Part shown: positions 48,301-62,697 of the stretch, one piece after another
Layout: each line of letters begins with the position of its first letter
How positions within the stretch are numbered: position 1 is the first letter of the stretch
Assembly (NCBI GenBank): GCA_002633005.1
Contig: NMRA01000127.1
Coordinates: 380,438-444,437 of the forward strand
Source: Phoronis australis
Taxonomy: Eukaryota > Animalia > Phoronida
Direction of reading: 5' to 3'
DNA: 64,000 nucleotides
Notes under the pieces: generated by a model
Told to the model about the DNA's origin: nothing
The model's database searches: none
Seen by the model: the letters and a program-made list of their open reading frames with translations, nothing else
Made by a program: the position numbers and the translations under genes

Positions 48301-51300
48301 TATACTTGATATTTGAACAAATTAACTGCTATCCAAACATTTAAGCTTTGTTTATCTTGTTTTATTTGTTAACAAACTAGCCTCCTTATTTCCCTATTAG
48401 TCTCCCACTTGGCTTACAACTGGCAATAAATCACTCTGATTTCTTGTTGTGTGTTTCTATTTTCACCACCAGGTTTCACCACCGTCTCTTATTGCTCTGT
48501 CTGCAAAAAGTCCTGCAGTGCTATGTTGGATGGTGTACACAATATACTTAGTCTAAAAGTACCATTACTTTTATTGCTGGACACCTGTTATTACTAGACT
48601 TTGAATAGTATCATCCTATGAGTGATTCTATAATTTTTCTTGATAATTGTTTTTTCTTAACTCCTAGAATTGCCATCATCTCTCATTGTGATCATGAAAT
48701 TTCTGATTTTTCTCTGAAATTGATGTCATATCTGGTAACTTTGGCAACTGTTTTCTTTAATTATTGATAAGAAAAAAGAACAGCTCTGATGCTAATATAT
48801 AACTGATAATAAATGACTTGACCACTTTTAAAAATCTTTAAAAGAGATGTTTCATATTCTGTAGCCCATTAACTGACTATGGTGTCTACAGGGTAATTTT
48901 TTATAACCAGCATAAACTTACATAAAATGTCATTCAGACTGTGTTTGGCCTATTTTTCTTTGACATGTAAAATTCAATTCAATTTGCTATTGTATTTGTG
49001 TTGCCAGATTTCAGTATTGTTTATTTAGTGCTTGATTTTTCACATATTAGTTAAGAACTGATTGTAAATGTTTTCCCAACCATTTGATAAAATCTAGCAA
49101 ATCGAGCCCATATGTACACGAATTGTTTCCCTGTGGTAATTGACTAGCAGGTGAGCGAAAGGATAAGGGTCATCAATTTAATCGTCGGCTCTGATTTTCT
49201 ATTTCCCAATTTCACAGTTGAAGGCTGTTGGTATAAATTATGAACGATATTCCCAATGCCTGCCTGGCATTTATCCAGACTGATTTGCCTGTTAGTTTCC
49301 TTTATTATTTATTGTTCAGCCACTACGCATAGTGCCAGACTATACGCCAGACTGTACGCTTATCAATTAGTATTTAATTAACTACAGTTAGTGCCTTAGC
49401 TCCAAGCTTGTTTGTTACAATGTTCATCAAATTCTGTATAACATTTTCGTGTACATCAAAAAATATGCGCTTGCGCAAAGGATTTCTCCATCAGTTCCAA
49501 CCCTTGTCTTTACGAACAGAATTTTAAGGACAGAAAACCACGCGTAATCATCGGAAGTTTCTTACCTCCAATAGGGCCATTCACTGACTTCACTGCAATT
49601 GAGAAATTTTTTTTACTTTTTTTACATACAATAAACAACTTGGCCCATTTTGATTGGCTGATACTTGGAACCTTTCTCACATCTAGGAAACACACTTTTA
49701 ACCTGAATTCCGGATGAATGATTAAAATTTTTCTCAGTGGTAACTTTCCGCAGCTCCGCCTCTCCTGCCTTGCCTGTTAGCCAAGTAACAGGCTGCACGC
49801 ACTGATCATTTGGATGCGCAAATTGTAAAATACACGCACATTTTATCTCTGTCAGATCAAGTAGGTCATGTTCTGAGAAGGCCTTATTTTGTTGATTGGT
49901 TGAGATCTGGGAGCTTGGAATATCGAAATAAACATGGAATTCTGAGTTCGTTGAAGCTATCTCAAGGTTAAACAAGCAGTTCTGTTTGTGGGAATTAATA
50001 CGAAAATGAGTTACTCATCGAAAACGACAAGTTCCATTAAGTTAGAAAGCTGATAAATCCCTCCTTTACTTTAGCTCAAGATTGGTTAAGCAACCCTGAA
50101 GTTGACGCATACCTAATCTTGAGAAGCAGCGGGATTTCAGTTCCTGCACAACTGAGACATATTAGACAAGTAGAGAGTATACGGGCCGGTTGAAGTGTAC
50201 AAATTCAGATTTTTGTGACGTATTTGGAATGAAATGGACGGGAGATGTGATGGAATGATTGCCAAAACATCAGTGACTATCTTTTGAACCTCAGTGTTTG
50301 ACGGGTTTGCCTAAACAGTTCAATGTATTCAAAAATACATTTTGCACGGAAAACCCATTGCATGAACTTGTATTTATATATGTACACAACCAGTTTGTAG
50401 CACCGAGACTATAATCATTGTAATACCTGCCGTCTCCCAGGGCTCAACGATAGAAAGAGTTTGCTGGGATGTACTGCCAAATCGGATGGCTATTTTGGTG
50501 GCTTGGGCGAGTCATTCGTTGTTCCAGTATTTTGTCATGCATTACTTTCAACTGAAATGTGCTTGCCTTTTTGAGCCGGATCAGGACTGGTGGACATCGG
50601 ACCATGTTAGGTTGTTATGCATTCTCCGTTGGTTTTCTTAGCCCTTTCTCGTGAAAGTTCCCTATGCATGCAGTTGGGAAATAGGAACAAAAAGGTTCCA
50701 TTTCCAAGTAAGTGCCTCAGCGGCTCTGTCAGAAGTTTCTAGTACATATCGTTTTATCTCTGCCCCAACCAGGTAACTACATCAATTCCTAAGCATGAGT
50801 TTCTGTCTTTCCTCAATTTGGCCGTTTTTTTTCTCTTACAGTTTTGACTGTCAAACACATAATTCATATCGTGTGTTTAAATGTAATTTGTTATCAATTC
50901 AACATGGACAAGTCATTAAGAGATGTTAGCAGTGATCATTATGAGATGGGTTGGAATTCTTTTTACTGGCCTCCCTTTCTGCCCAGTGCATTTAATTGCT
51001 TCCAGATGACAACTGGAATCTTGCTTATGCACCTTAAGTGGAAAATGAACCAGTCCATTAACTAGCTGTACTGGCAACTACACCTCACTTGTCGACTTCA
51101 GTGTCATGGAACTCAGTAATCAATTACCACCCGGACACCCCCTGGCGTCTAATAGTGGATCAATCCAAGAAGTATCTTGAGATCTCTGTGCTTTTCAACA
51201 TATGTGTAAAGTGACAGGTTAAAGGGTAGTATTTTAACCAGCGCATCAATACAATATCGCAACTGATCGAAACTGGGTACAGGTAGGCTTAAAGGCTGCA

Positions 51301-52389
51301 GTTAAGAGCATGTCAAAGTTGTACACTGTTTGGATAATTGATTACTAAAGAACCATGCTGGGCTGGATTAAATCAAGATCTCTGTAACTGTGCCCATTGA
51401 AATCAGACACATGTGTATTGGGATAGTGATTATGTGTATTAGGCCATCAGGGTTTTCTCACTGAGTGAGTGATTTGCTCATGGTAGTGTTAGCTAGAGTA
51501 GTTAATGAGCCTCAGTTGAATGCCCTAATATCCAACCAGACACTGGTCTTGGCATAGCCTGCTTACACTGATTAGAGGTGTTAAATGTTCAGATCACACT
51601 GTTGTTAAACAGAGTACATTGTGATGGCATGTCATGTGATTGTATCAGCAGTTGGTTGGTGGTAACCTTGGGATTGTGAATTAGACAAGTATGGTATTGA
51701 AAGCAGGCTTCTAGTTACTAGTTCTTCGGTGAGGACACCAAATGCTATATTTTCTTATATACTCGTTTCGATATATTTTCGAGTTTGAAAAGCTCGTTAT
51801 TGGGGAAAGTGGTTTCCAATTTTCTAGTTGTCTGCAAAGTATCATTTGATTCCATTTTGTAGCCTGCGTAAATAAATAAATGAATAAACAGGTGGGTTGC
51901 ACTTATCCAATGTTGTGCGACTATTTTATGAACTACTGGTGCACTTTTCTAGCTCTATTTACGTTAAGGTATAGGTGACTTCAACTCTGGTCTACCTCAT
52001 TCATATTTTTGTACACCACGTTGATACTAATTTTATAGAGTGGCGAAAATGCTAGCATTTTCACTGGCTTGCACTTCAGGCAGCCAGATGAACTGTCCAC
52101 AAAATGGTCCATTTTTGGGTTCATTCTCTGCCACAAGTTGATTAATGTGGTAATGATGAGCAATGTGCTCATGCATCCCCATAGTGTGAACAGGAGGTGA
52201 ATGATTGCTTTTCGTTAATCTCGTTATTCCTACACTAACATTTAGGGTTTTGTTACCCCAACGCCTAAGTGAGCCTAAGCAAGACTGTGACTAACCCGTC
52301 CTAATCGGTTCACAAATTATTGCTCGTGGCTAGCCGCGATGCTGAAGAAAACCTATTCACTGATTTCTCTTTTATTGCATCGAGTTTAA

Positions 52390-52481
52390 AAAGTTCAAAG
52401 ACAGATCCTTTTTAATTTTCAATTTTAAAAACAGTAAAGTTCAAAGACATATCCTTTTTAATTTTCAGTTTTAAAAACAGT
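52390..52481. repeat. 46-bp tandem duplication
   Basis: AAAGTTCAAAGACA(G/T)ATCCTTTTTAATTTTCA(A/G)TTTTAAAAACAGT occurs twice. Confidence 0.95.
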
Positions 52482-54214
52482 TATGTTGGTTGTATGCCTT
52501 ACTTATTGTTTGTTTTTTGGCCGAGGAGCTGGTTATAGTGGAGTAAACACTGCATGCTTTCTTGTCCACTCGCATGCAAATCCTACTACTGTAAGATCTG
52601 CGTAATGGTAATTCTTGAATTGAGTTGGCCAATACTGCCTGCGTTTAAAAATTGGTTTAAGCTCTGACTTTGGGCAAAATACTTAAAAAATTTTTAATTG
52701 TCCCAATCTGGAAAGTTTATACCACAAAAAATGACAAAAATACGCTTGCTTAACATTTTGGAGTACTATCTTGCGAAAACTAAAACGAGTCGCATATCAC
52801 AACTGCAAAACTGTGTCCATTAACTACAGAAGTGGGTCTAAAAGCACTCCTTGAGTACCAAACTTTAGTTGGTATGTTACAATCTCACACAGTATATCAT
52901 TCATTTACTTTATTTATTGCTCAATTTATGATTCTTTACACCTGTTTGTAGGGGTTGGGGGAAGCCCCTGTTCCCAAGGATCTTGAGCTAAAATTTGTCA
53001 ACCCCTCTTGAGCTTTTTCCTACTTTCCTCACCACAAATGTGTGACAATTAAATAAAACAAGGTATATTGATTGTAATGCCAGCTGAAAGTGCAAGTTAT
53101 GTTGAATGACAATCTATCCTATTCAATCCCATTTGATTAATCTTGAGTAGACGGTTCTGTGTTTTGAAAAATTCCTGTTGCCTTGAATATTCAATCACAT
53201 AGCCTGAATTAAATGTTAACAATGATGAAATCAATCCTGTTATGCAGATTCTGTCATCACTTGCAAGTAAAGGGGAGTTAAAGATGCCATAGTCCTTTCA
53301 GTGAGGAATGGCATTCACTTGTAACATGTCTATACTGACAGAGGCTCTCTATCTCTAATAAGAGCAGTTTGTGGGGACCTGCCGCCAACTCGGGTAGGTG
53401 CTTTGTCCGCGAAATTTTGCACTTCTCAGGTGGCATTTGACTTGGTGGTATTGGTGGTATTGTCTCGTGGGTGGGTAAATGCAAAAAATGGAGACTGGGC
53501 CAGGAGAGTCTTCGAAAAAGGTATTGTTTCAGGGTCATTTTTTATCAGGTCCCCTTTGTGGTTTCATTTACCAGGCATTGAACGTGCGTCATTATCCCCT
53601 GCATTATTTGCTAGGGACCCCTCGGATAAAATACAAACATGGGTCACTCAATGGACACACCAGTGAGGTTCATGATGAGAGATTAATGGATGGAAGTGAA
53701 GCAGATCTTAGTAGCATATGCATTCTAAATAATCCACACCAAAGCCACTAGCAAAGGGGACAACTAGTTTTGCTCCCCGCTAACAGGGCTCCTGTTTAAA
53801 ACACATTTTCAGGGTCGTTTCTTAAAGATCCTTTTATTATGTAACCAAGCACTAGCAGGATAAGGATAAGTATTATGGCCCTTTCATACTAACTTAACTC
53901 CAGTATGATTGATCAGAGCCTCGATGTAAACTGCGAAATTAATTTAATCGTTCATACCAGCATTGAAGTAAACGAAGGTGACGCTGTCATCATAGAAGTA
54001 ATCGCAAGGTGGCGCTGATGCATCCCATGCATGCTAAGATTTTTTAATGTGACAGTTTGAATACATTTACGTGTAGTAATTGACATAAAACTTATTTCCA
54101 ATTCGATTGGTGATTATTCAAGCAAAATATAAGCAACTATTAGCGACGACACTGCATTTTATTTGTTGACAATAGCAGTGGCCCTTGGCGATAACTTTGG
54201 TGAGACTGAGATCA

Positions 54215-54376
54215 ACCGTTCATACCGCATGGCAGTATCAACGCTCTGCTGTTAAATCCACCTGTTTACTGCAAAGTTAACTGGCGTTGTTAACTTTGAT
54301 CCAGGACCAAAGTTAACCCTGCATACTGACCACAACTCCCCAAAACATCTATGCGTCAACTACAGTATGAAAAGGT
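54215..54376. mobile_element. Short MITE-like repeat; uninterrupted paralog of 34645-35020
   Basis: Imperfect inverted ends ACCGTTCATACCG ... CAGTATGAAAAGGT. The body GCTGTTAAATCCACCT.TTTACTGC.AAGT.AACTGGC..TGTTAACTT..ATCCAGGAC..AAGTTAACC...CTCCCCAAAACATC is shared with the 34.6-35.0 kb copy. Confidence 0.7.
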
Positions 54377-55524
54377 CTCCAGGCAATATGTTACCTGGAC
54401 ACAAATAGCAACTGTTAGCTTTCTTAACTGCCGGCAGGATTGATTTTTAAAATGCATTCGTTTGCAAGTGTAGACTGAATTTACAAAGCAGAATTGATGT
54501 TATTAAGTTACCATTATTAAATTCACTCTGGAGACTGAATCTTAAAGACAGCATAGGATTACAAGCAGTGAGCCTGAATCTTCAAGTCAGCATATGATTG
54601 TCTAAATGCACTGAATCTTATCAGGACTGGTTTCAAAGAATTTCAATAAATTTACAAAATAGGATCAATTTTTCTAAAATCATTTTTTACTTTCCAATGT
54701 TGGACAATAAAGTGTGAGCATATTTGTTTTGTCAGTCCATTCTGTCTCATCTTCAGCTGTTGAAGGAAGTTGAATTGTTGGTTCATAACCAATGTAATGA
54801 AATTTTCAAGGCAGGTTTGTATACACCACTAAAATCAATTTTTGAAAATTGTTATTTGCCTCAGAAAATGTGCTTGGAACACAGTGGTGAATTTTATCTA
54901 TCAAATTTCCTGATGTTAATAAATAGGAAGAAATTTATATTTTATTTCATCGGTATTGTTAGTAATTTACACCGCCACCAGCCGGCACGTGTTTAAAAAC
55001 TCCATATTCTGAGCAATACCGTGAACTTTTGAATATGCAAATACAATGATTTTGGTTACATCAGTGTTTTTAATAAAAGAATTTAATTAAAGAAACGACC
55101 ATAGATTTTCTATAATTGAGGTGGCATATGGTTCTAGTGTCCTCAAGCGGGCTTCAGGATTGTCATTACAGAAATGTCATCTTCTGATGATTTTCTGTTG
55201 TTTCTTAATTTACTAAAAGGCAATAATGAGTCATGATAATTTAATCAGTAGAGTTGTTGAGCTTGCAATTAACTTAATACAGATGTGTTGTACATTTCTA
55301 TGGTGGATTGGATTGCTGTTTTTTTTTCTTTTGGGAGATTGAACAAGATATGAAAGTGAACAGTGCAGTAGGTTCCCAATTTTTTGCATGACATCTTGTG
55401 ATGAAGTGGTGAATTCATTTTTGCATCGATTTATTTAATATCAACACCTGATTGAATCAGGTACAAACCCACGTTCCCTCAAGCAAACAAAAACTTTATT
55501 TGGACCACTTACATTGTAAAACAG

Positions 55525-56011
55525 GGACCGGTTCGATGAAACTGACTTAAATTCATCTTTGACTTAAGTCTAAGATTCGTTTTAACTTCCAAACTTTGAA
55601 ACTTCCATATCCGGCATGCGCACACCTAGCCTAAAAAAAATGAGGGGCTCGAATTTTTGAGAATGTGGACCTTTTACTAAGATTCATGGGGTGTGTTCAG
55701 AGCTATGAATTGTGCATTCGCCAAGTTTTGGTAGTTCCTGCCTTTCTAGTCGACTTTTGTCTCGTTTTCTACATTTCTCGGAGTTTTTGTTTCTCTGAGG
55801 CTGACCTTTTCGCCCACTTTACCAAATCAAACGAGCCCTCCAAGCCCCCCGTGGGTGCGCGCACATAAATTACTAAAATTAAGACAAAACCTAAATCAAA
55901 AACTTTTTAAATCAAACTTAAGATTACTTTCATGAAACAGACTTGAGACAAAATTAAGTTTTATCTGAAAATTGTCTGAAATTTAAGTCGGTTTCTTTTT
56001 GAAATGGGCCC
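55525..56011. mobile_element. Second, inverted copy of the Harbinger-type MITE, interrupted by a ~250-bp insertion (~55613-55865)
   Basis: CAG|GGACCGGTTCGATGAAACTGACTTAA ... TTAAGTCGGTTTCTTTTTGAAATGGGCCC|CTG. The internal CCAAACTTTGAAACTTCCATATCCG is the near reverse complement of 34858-34885. Confidence 0.75.
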
Positions 56012-59000
56012 CTGGTCTCAAATTGCTCTTACCAAGATGAAAAGTGGCGTATAATATAACTGGCTGTGACAAGAGAATTTGTTGAACCTGCTCTGAAGCC
56101 ATTAGGAATTTGTTGTATCCAAGTGCACAAGTCACTTATCATCCAAGTCAGGAACAAGCCAAGGTCAATTTGCCAAGTATAAGTGGCCTAATATCACTTT
56201 CATTAGATCTGTTCTGTAGTTCACAAGTGGACACGATTTGAAAAGGTTGTAAGGGTTCATTTGAAAATGGTTTTGTTTTCAAAAAAAAATGCATAGTGTG
56301 AGTACAGCAAATGCAAGTTTTACAATCCGTTGGTTGTTGTTATTATTGTCGTAATCAGTCGCTACAAGATTGATGTCATTAACACTGCATATTTCTCTTT
56401 TTTTGGTTACATCTTCAGTTACCACACACTCTTGATAGTTCATGCAATATTGCACGTTCACATTTCAAGCTCATGACAAACAGTGTTCCATATTATAGGG
56501 GCAGTATATTTTAATGGTGAGTTTTGGTTTTTGACTTTGTATTTGTCAGAAGAAATAATTCTAACTAAAAAATAAGGTACTGTAAAAAAGCTTCAGTTTG
56601 CCACACAATTTGACATGATAATATTTCTCGACAAAAATAAGTTTTTATGTAAAATTTAATTTTCTTGTTTGCACAGCTGGTGTGGTTGCAGTTAAACAAC
56701 TAACATTTTAAACTGTGACCATTCACACCACACACCGATAGAGAATTGTGACCTTTGAAAAGTAGAAAATGGCAATGCTAATGATTATTTTTCTGAACAG
56801 TTATTGTGGTCACAACGTTTAAAAATTGTTACCACTTCTAGTGCTGTGTTTGGTTTGTTTGTGCTCGTAACAAGATATGTGGCATTCTGGGGCTGATCTA
56901 GCAGAGGTCTCTAGGATCTCATGGATAGTGTTGGGAAAGCTTAAAGGAATTAAGGGTGGTGTGTGGGACATGTTCTCGTTCACACCCTTAATGAAGAAAA
57001 CAACAATTTCACTGCTTTTTATGTAAATTGATGCATTTCCATCGTTTTGGGATGATTGGAATCCAAAAAGGATGTCTTTGCTGACATTACTTCATGGGAT
57101 TGCCACCGAGTGGCGCCAACACTGACCGCTATCGTTTCCTGACACTTGCTGCACCTGCCATGTTAGATAAAACAAAGATTCCACCCCAATACATGAACCA
57201 AAACAATGGTTTCCTAAGGTGGTGCCACGTGAGATCAAATGGAATCTGTGTCATTCATGAGATTCTGTTGTACAGATTCAGCTCTCCTAACAGTGGTGAA
57301 AAACTGATAATGGTGGTGTTAGTGATCCACTGGTCCTATTGTGTGCTCACACACATGCACACCTGTGCATGTACGTTTGTTGATGTAAATATAAGCTGCT
57401 GAGAACTCCGTTTGTGTCTAAAACTGTGAAACCTGATTTAGATCTTTTGTTGCTGTAAAACTAGACTCAGTTCCTTATTTATAAGTAGTTGTGATTTATG
57501 GAAGTGGCAGTTTGTTTACGCTTGAGATATCCAACTGCCACTGCTTTTCAACTGATTTGAGTAAGGAAAAATTTGAGTCCAGTTTTATAACATGTACCAG
57601 CATTAATCAAAAATTTTTTCTGATGAAAAGCAGGTTTACTGCTGCTTTACTGTGCTGTGCTCAGATATTTGTCATGTTGGATCGTTCAAGGTATCAGCCA
57701 ACTGATTTATATGTTATTTTTTGCTATAGTCAGGCAACACTGTGTATTTGGTGGTGAGCAATGTTTCTAATTATTATTGAGATTTCTTTACTTCCGCTAC
57801 TAGACTTTGGTGTTGAGGGTTTTTAGCAACCCACGGGAAAATAGGTCGCAAGCTCATCGCATAGAGACCGATAGATAGACGTATGCATTGTTCAATTTGT
57901 TTTTTTCTTATAATAAAGATAATTGTAAGCATTTATCGGTAACTGGCTGATGTGCACCCAAGGTACAACCTGCATCGTTATATCCAACAAAGACGCAACA
58001 AAGGAAAACTATGGTAGTGCCCCATAGGCGATAACCATGTGAAGTGCTTACACCCATCGCATGGATCTCGCAAGTTAAACAATAGCTTTCGACATCCATA
58101 CCGACATCATTTGGCATGGGAAATTACAGGTCATAAGTAGATTGCCATCTTGTACATGTGGTGGCACATCTGGGATATTGCCTCACTGCTTAAACTTTCC
58201 AAAGGCCTAATGTTCATAATATGCTGGAATAATTTTTAGGTCATGTGGGCCCCAAATCTTCCTGTCCATGCACAGGTAAACATAAACAAATACTAAAACT
58301 CCCAGTTGCCCTCAGGCAGTGGCCATCTGCCATCCAGTAGGCAGCTTTGAAGTTTTGTTCATTTGCTCTTTTTGAAAATATTTTGTCTGGAATATGTTCC
58401 AGCCGTTGCATGCCATGTTTTTGTTGACAGATTTTTGTGTTGATAAGAACCAATCCTCACACAACAGGCTTGGCTGGTGAATGGCAATAAGTACCTAAAC
58501 AGTTCTCTTTCAAAGCACAAAAAGTGATTAAGTCTCACTGTTGGCTTCATCTGTTATTTCTAGTTTGACACAAGTCTTGATTCCTTTGTAGAGATGCTAA
58601 AATTTGATTTCTGTGGTTAACAGTGGTGTATTCTCAAATGTTCTGCTTCAATCCTGGTACACATAATGTAGTGATCACTTGCAGTATCAGCCCTTTTCCA
58701 TATACATTGCTTTTAACACTAAAAATGTCGAGCCTGTCATTTCCCATCGGATCGATTTCAGTCTGTAACAATGATGTGTCATTTCTTCCCAAGCTTATAG
58801 AAATCACATCTAATCTGGGCTCGATATAAGTTGAGCATACTTTTATACAAAAAGGTTTAGAATTGTATTTGACTCTGGATGCGGTATGTAGCAGCTTTAA
58901 ATGACCGTTTACAATGTCGGTTCATTAAACAACATACTAACTGAATTGTATATTTTTAGTGAGTAGACACCACAGACTAATCTTACATGTTGTTGTTGTT

Positions 59001-61162
59001 TTTATCCAGTTGCTTGTTTGTAAACAGTCTATTAATTGCCATTTCACTCTCCACTGGCTAGCCAATGCCCTCAGCTATCTGTTACCCACGAAACGGACAT
59101 TAATCAACACATCTTCTTACTCCATCCTAAGTCATTAACAGATGAACAAGTCAGCTCCACGCATTCAGGCAAATCATGCCGATGGTCATGTGTGTGTGAA
59201 TGTGCATGTGTGCGTGCTAATAATTTAGTTGAAGATAACAGATGAAATTGCCATGTTTTTACTGCCTCCGATCAATATATGACTATTACCAGTAAAGTGG
59301 GGGAATATTCTTATTCGATTAGCCGTTTCTCTGATTAACTATGTCGTTTGGCCAACCGCTAAGTTGCGAGGCGCAGTTACGCGCTGTTTGTTCAACCAGA
59401 ATTGTATATATGTAGGAGTTGTGCAGCTAAATGTAAATCTCAATTAAATCTCAATTGATAGTGGTGTGAGTTAGCTTTTCATTGACTGGGCTCTATTTAA
59501 TCGGCAATGGACGTCACATGTTGCCACATTTCTACACCGTAAACAAGATAATAGCCAGAGACGGATTTTTGAAGTCAGTCTGCAAGGGGTTCTTACCTAC
59601 CCATTTTTTAGGGAAAGTCCTGAAAATAGGATACAATCTCACCAATTTAGGGCAAAATATAGCCAACAAGTGAAATTTTATTTTCCGCTTTTTTTAGACC
59701 AAATAAATGTCATGTCATTTTTAAGGTTTACACCTGTCGTTGACAGTGTGAAGATTAGCAGGTCATCGTTTACGACTTGACCAAAATCCCAGCTCGCAAT
59801 TACGAAATTCAGCTCCCACATATCCCTGGTCACACAACTTTGATGACCAAATAAACGCCGTCGCGGTGCATTTCTGTGTTGCGGCTCCTGTATTTTCACA
59901 TTCAACTAAAAAGTGCTGTTGATGAATTTTTGAGCGACGTTACTCGTGTGCATTAAATGTGAGTAGGCCAAAATCTCTGCTTGCTTTCTCAAATTTAAGG
60001 TCTTTTCAGGTTTGGCAAGAGACAGTAAATACTTAAAGCAATTGCTTTATACATGGATTCAAAACTCTATTCTTCAAATGAGTACGGCTGTGGTTTGTTA
60101 GGACAGAAAAGCGTTTGCAGGAAAAGATTTATAAATCGAAAAAAATGCAAAACTAGTTTTTATATTGCATTTGTCTCTGCATTTCTTGGTTCTAAAATGT
60201 GACATGCTTTAAAGGATTGTAACCATGGGTTTGGGGATTCATCAGAGAAGCTCCTTACCAAGGGTCAGATGGGACTACAGAGATTTGTGTCTCTTGCTAA
60301 AGGCCTACTGTAAGTTAAAGTACAACTTTTTATGTGGAATCGGATTCCTGTATGTTCTGTCTGGAGTGCACTTCAAAAATCGTGTCTGGTAAATTTATAT
60401 CCCAGTACCTCGATTGCTAAATCACTATTAACTCCTTCCCTTTAAGAAGAAATTATTGTATCTTCCCAACTCCTCCATGTATGGTTTAATGTTTGCTTTT
60501 AATCACCCACGGTGCGCTCAATACCCACCCCCCAATGAATGCTGCTGAGACATCCTCAAAAGTGCCAGTCCCTGTGAATGCTGGTCTCGAAGCAATTTTA
60601 GCTCTCAAAGCGTAGGCACATTGCTTACGTGTGAATGGCTCGCCCTCTGATTTTTTAGCTTCCCAGTTTAAGTGTTTGGGCGTTAAGCTGGGCGAGTATG
60701 GTTTTTCATTATAAAACTTGATGTCTAATCAAAACTAGTCTAAGGATGATTTAGTGTTTACTCATCTTATTTTGGACAAACTGATAAAAAAATAATCGCA
60801 GGTGGTCTGGTACGCGTTATACCAGATGTGCGCTGGCTACTCAGGTGGGCCTATTGCACTGCTCACCTGGATCCATTTTAGACTTTATTAGTATATATAA
60901 AACTGAGCTAAGGAGCTAGAGACTTGACTCAAGTATGTAGTAGTGTGCCCCAGTGGCACTCAAGCCCACTACCCTTATTATAGAAAGCAGACACTCGTCA
61001 CACTAGGCTACACTGCCTCCTTTTCGTACACACCTAGCTAATAATGTACTGAAATTATTTTAACAAATAATTTGAATTAAATTTTTAATACATTTGGCGT
61101 TCATCTGCTGTGTTGTGTGCTGAATAGATAAAGACGGACTATAGTATTTTTTATTAGAAATA

Positions 61163-62697
61163 CCGTATTTGCCGTAATAACCGCCCATGACCCTATAAGC
61201 GCCCCCACACGCGTTTTCAGACTTTAGTAAAATAAGCACCCAGTCCACAAACGTGTACATGCGAAAAATGCCTTACCTACAGTCCTAAAATTCTACAGTA
61301 ACGTCTTCAATTTATCAAAAATATCCGACAGTCCTGAAAAAAATCATTGTGCGCAGAATTTGTAGACCACAAGCCTCACCGCTATGTATTTAGCCGTGAT
61401 TATACAGATAGATATTTCCCGCTTTCAAATTTCTTTGTAGGCCTACATGCAGGCCTTTATCCAGGATTTCGAAAATAGGGTGTCCAAAATGGGGTTCCCA
61501 ATATTCCAGGGCGTCCATGATTCTTACGCGTAACCCCCCACCCCCNGCTAGGGCATCCAAATGGACACCCAGGACATACGCTGCATAAAGGCCTGCCTAC
61601 AAGTGAAAACCACGAATCGAAGACTAATAAAAAGCTTGGCCAGTGTTAAAAGCACGTGGTCAGGAAGCGCCCGCTACATACATGATCCTGTCATCAAAGA
61701 CATTAGTCAGGAACTATCCATTCATGAAACTTGTAGCATAGCATCGGCAAGAAATGAATATTGGCACTAATTTCCGACAGTTTCTAATACTATAAAAAAT
61801 GTTTGCGTTATTTTTAAGATGAATTGTTTGATTAACCATAATTGGTATTTTTAAGCCAAATAGCTGATAAAATGACTACTGACAGTGAATGCTTACACAC
61901 CCTTACACCGAAAAATAACTGTCAGATAGTCACGTACGCATCCAGCCACACGGCGACTAATATGGCCCTACCAAGACAAATGTCGAACGTTTTTAGCACA
62001 TAGACCAGCAAATGCTGAATGAAACACTCTCTGGTTTAGGCCTACTGCAAATTTCTTTAGATACAATGCACATCTAGCTCGTTAGATTGCGTGGCTCTGG
62101 CCAAAAAACGGTATCTGCTCTGGCAAATGAACTCTGGTGACGCGCACGCACTCGCTTACTTACAAACGCAGACAACTTCAAAACAAAACGGTCACGTGAC
62201 ACCAATATGTGTGTTCGTCCGGACATTTTTTTCATGTTGCCGATCATACATGCAGATGGCACGATGTAGCACAGATTTGTTCTTAAACCTGCCGTGATCC
62301 CGATTCCACGGAAACTTAAAAATTTTAGGGAAGCTACTTGGAAAACTTAATCATTTCAGGTAATTTGCTTGAGTCGAAATTGTATTTTTTTCAAGCATTC
62401 AAGCTGCCATATCGACGATTGCAAGGCAGGCAGTCGGCGAGTTTTCGCCCTGGGATTTCAGCACAGTTTTCTGTAAAATGATCATAATTTAGCAGCAAAG
62501 TTTGATATCAATGCACCACGGTTTTGTAGAAAGTCTTTCATAGATTACAGATACGTCACAGAGCTTAAATATAATGAATCTTAGCTTCCGATTTCAACGT
62601 TTTGGAGACCGGGTTTCAACGGCCTTGGGTTATAATAAGCGCCCCGCCTGAAACGAACTTTTCTAAGCGCCCTGGGCGGTTATTATGGCGAATACGG
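61163..62697. mobile_element. Non-autonomous Tc1/mariner (pogo/Tigger-like) element, 1.5 kb
   Basis: TA|CCGTATTTGCCGTAATAACCGCCCA ... TGGGCGGTTATTATGGCGAATACGG|TA: a 25-bp TIR with 2 mismatches and a TA TSD. Subterminal TAAGCGCCC repeats occur at both ends. No transposase ORF. Confidence 0.88.
61450..61595. mobile_element. 146-bp hAT-type MITE nested in the pogo-like element
   Basis: CCTACATG|CAGGCCTTTATCCAG ... CTGCATAAAGGCCTG|CCTACAAG: a 15-bp TIR (1 mismatch) and an 8-bp TSD (1 mismatch). Confidence 0.88.
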
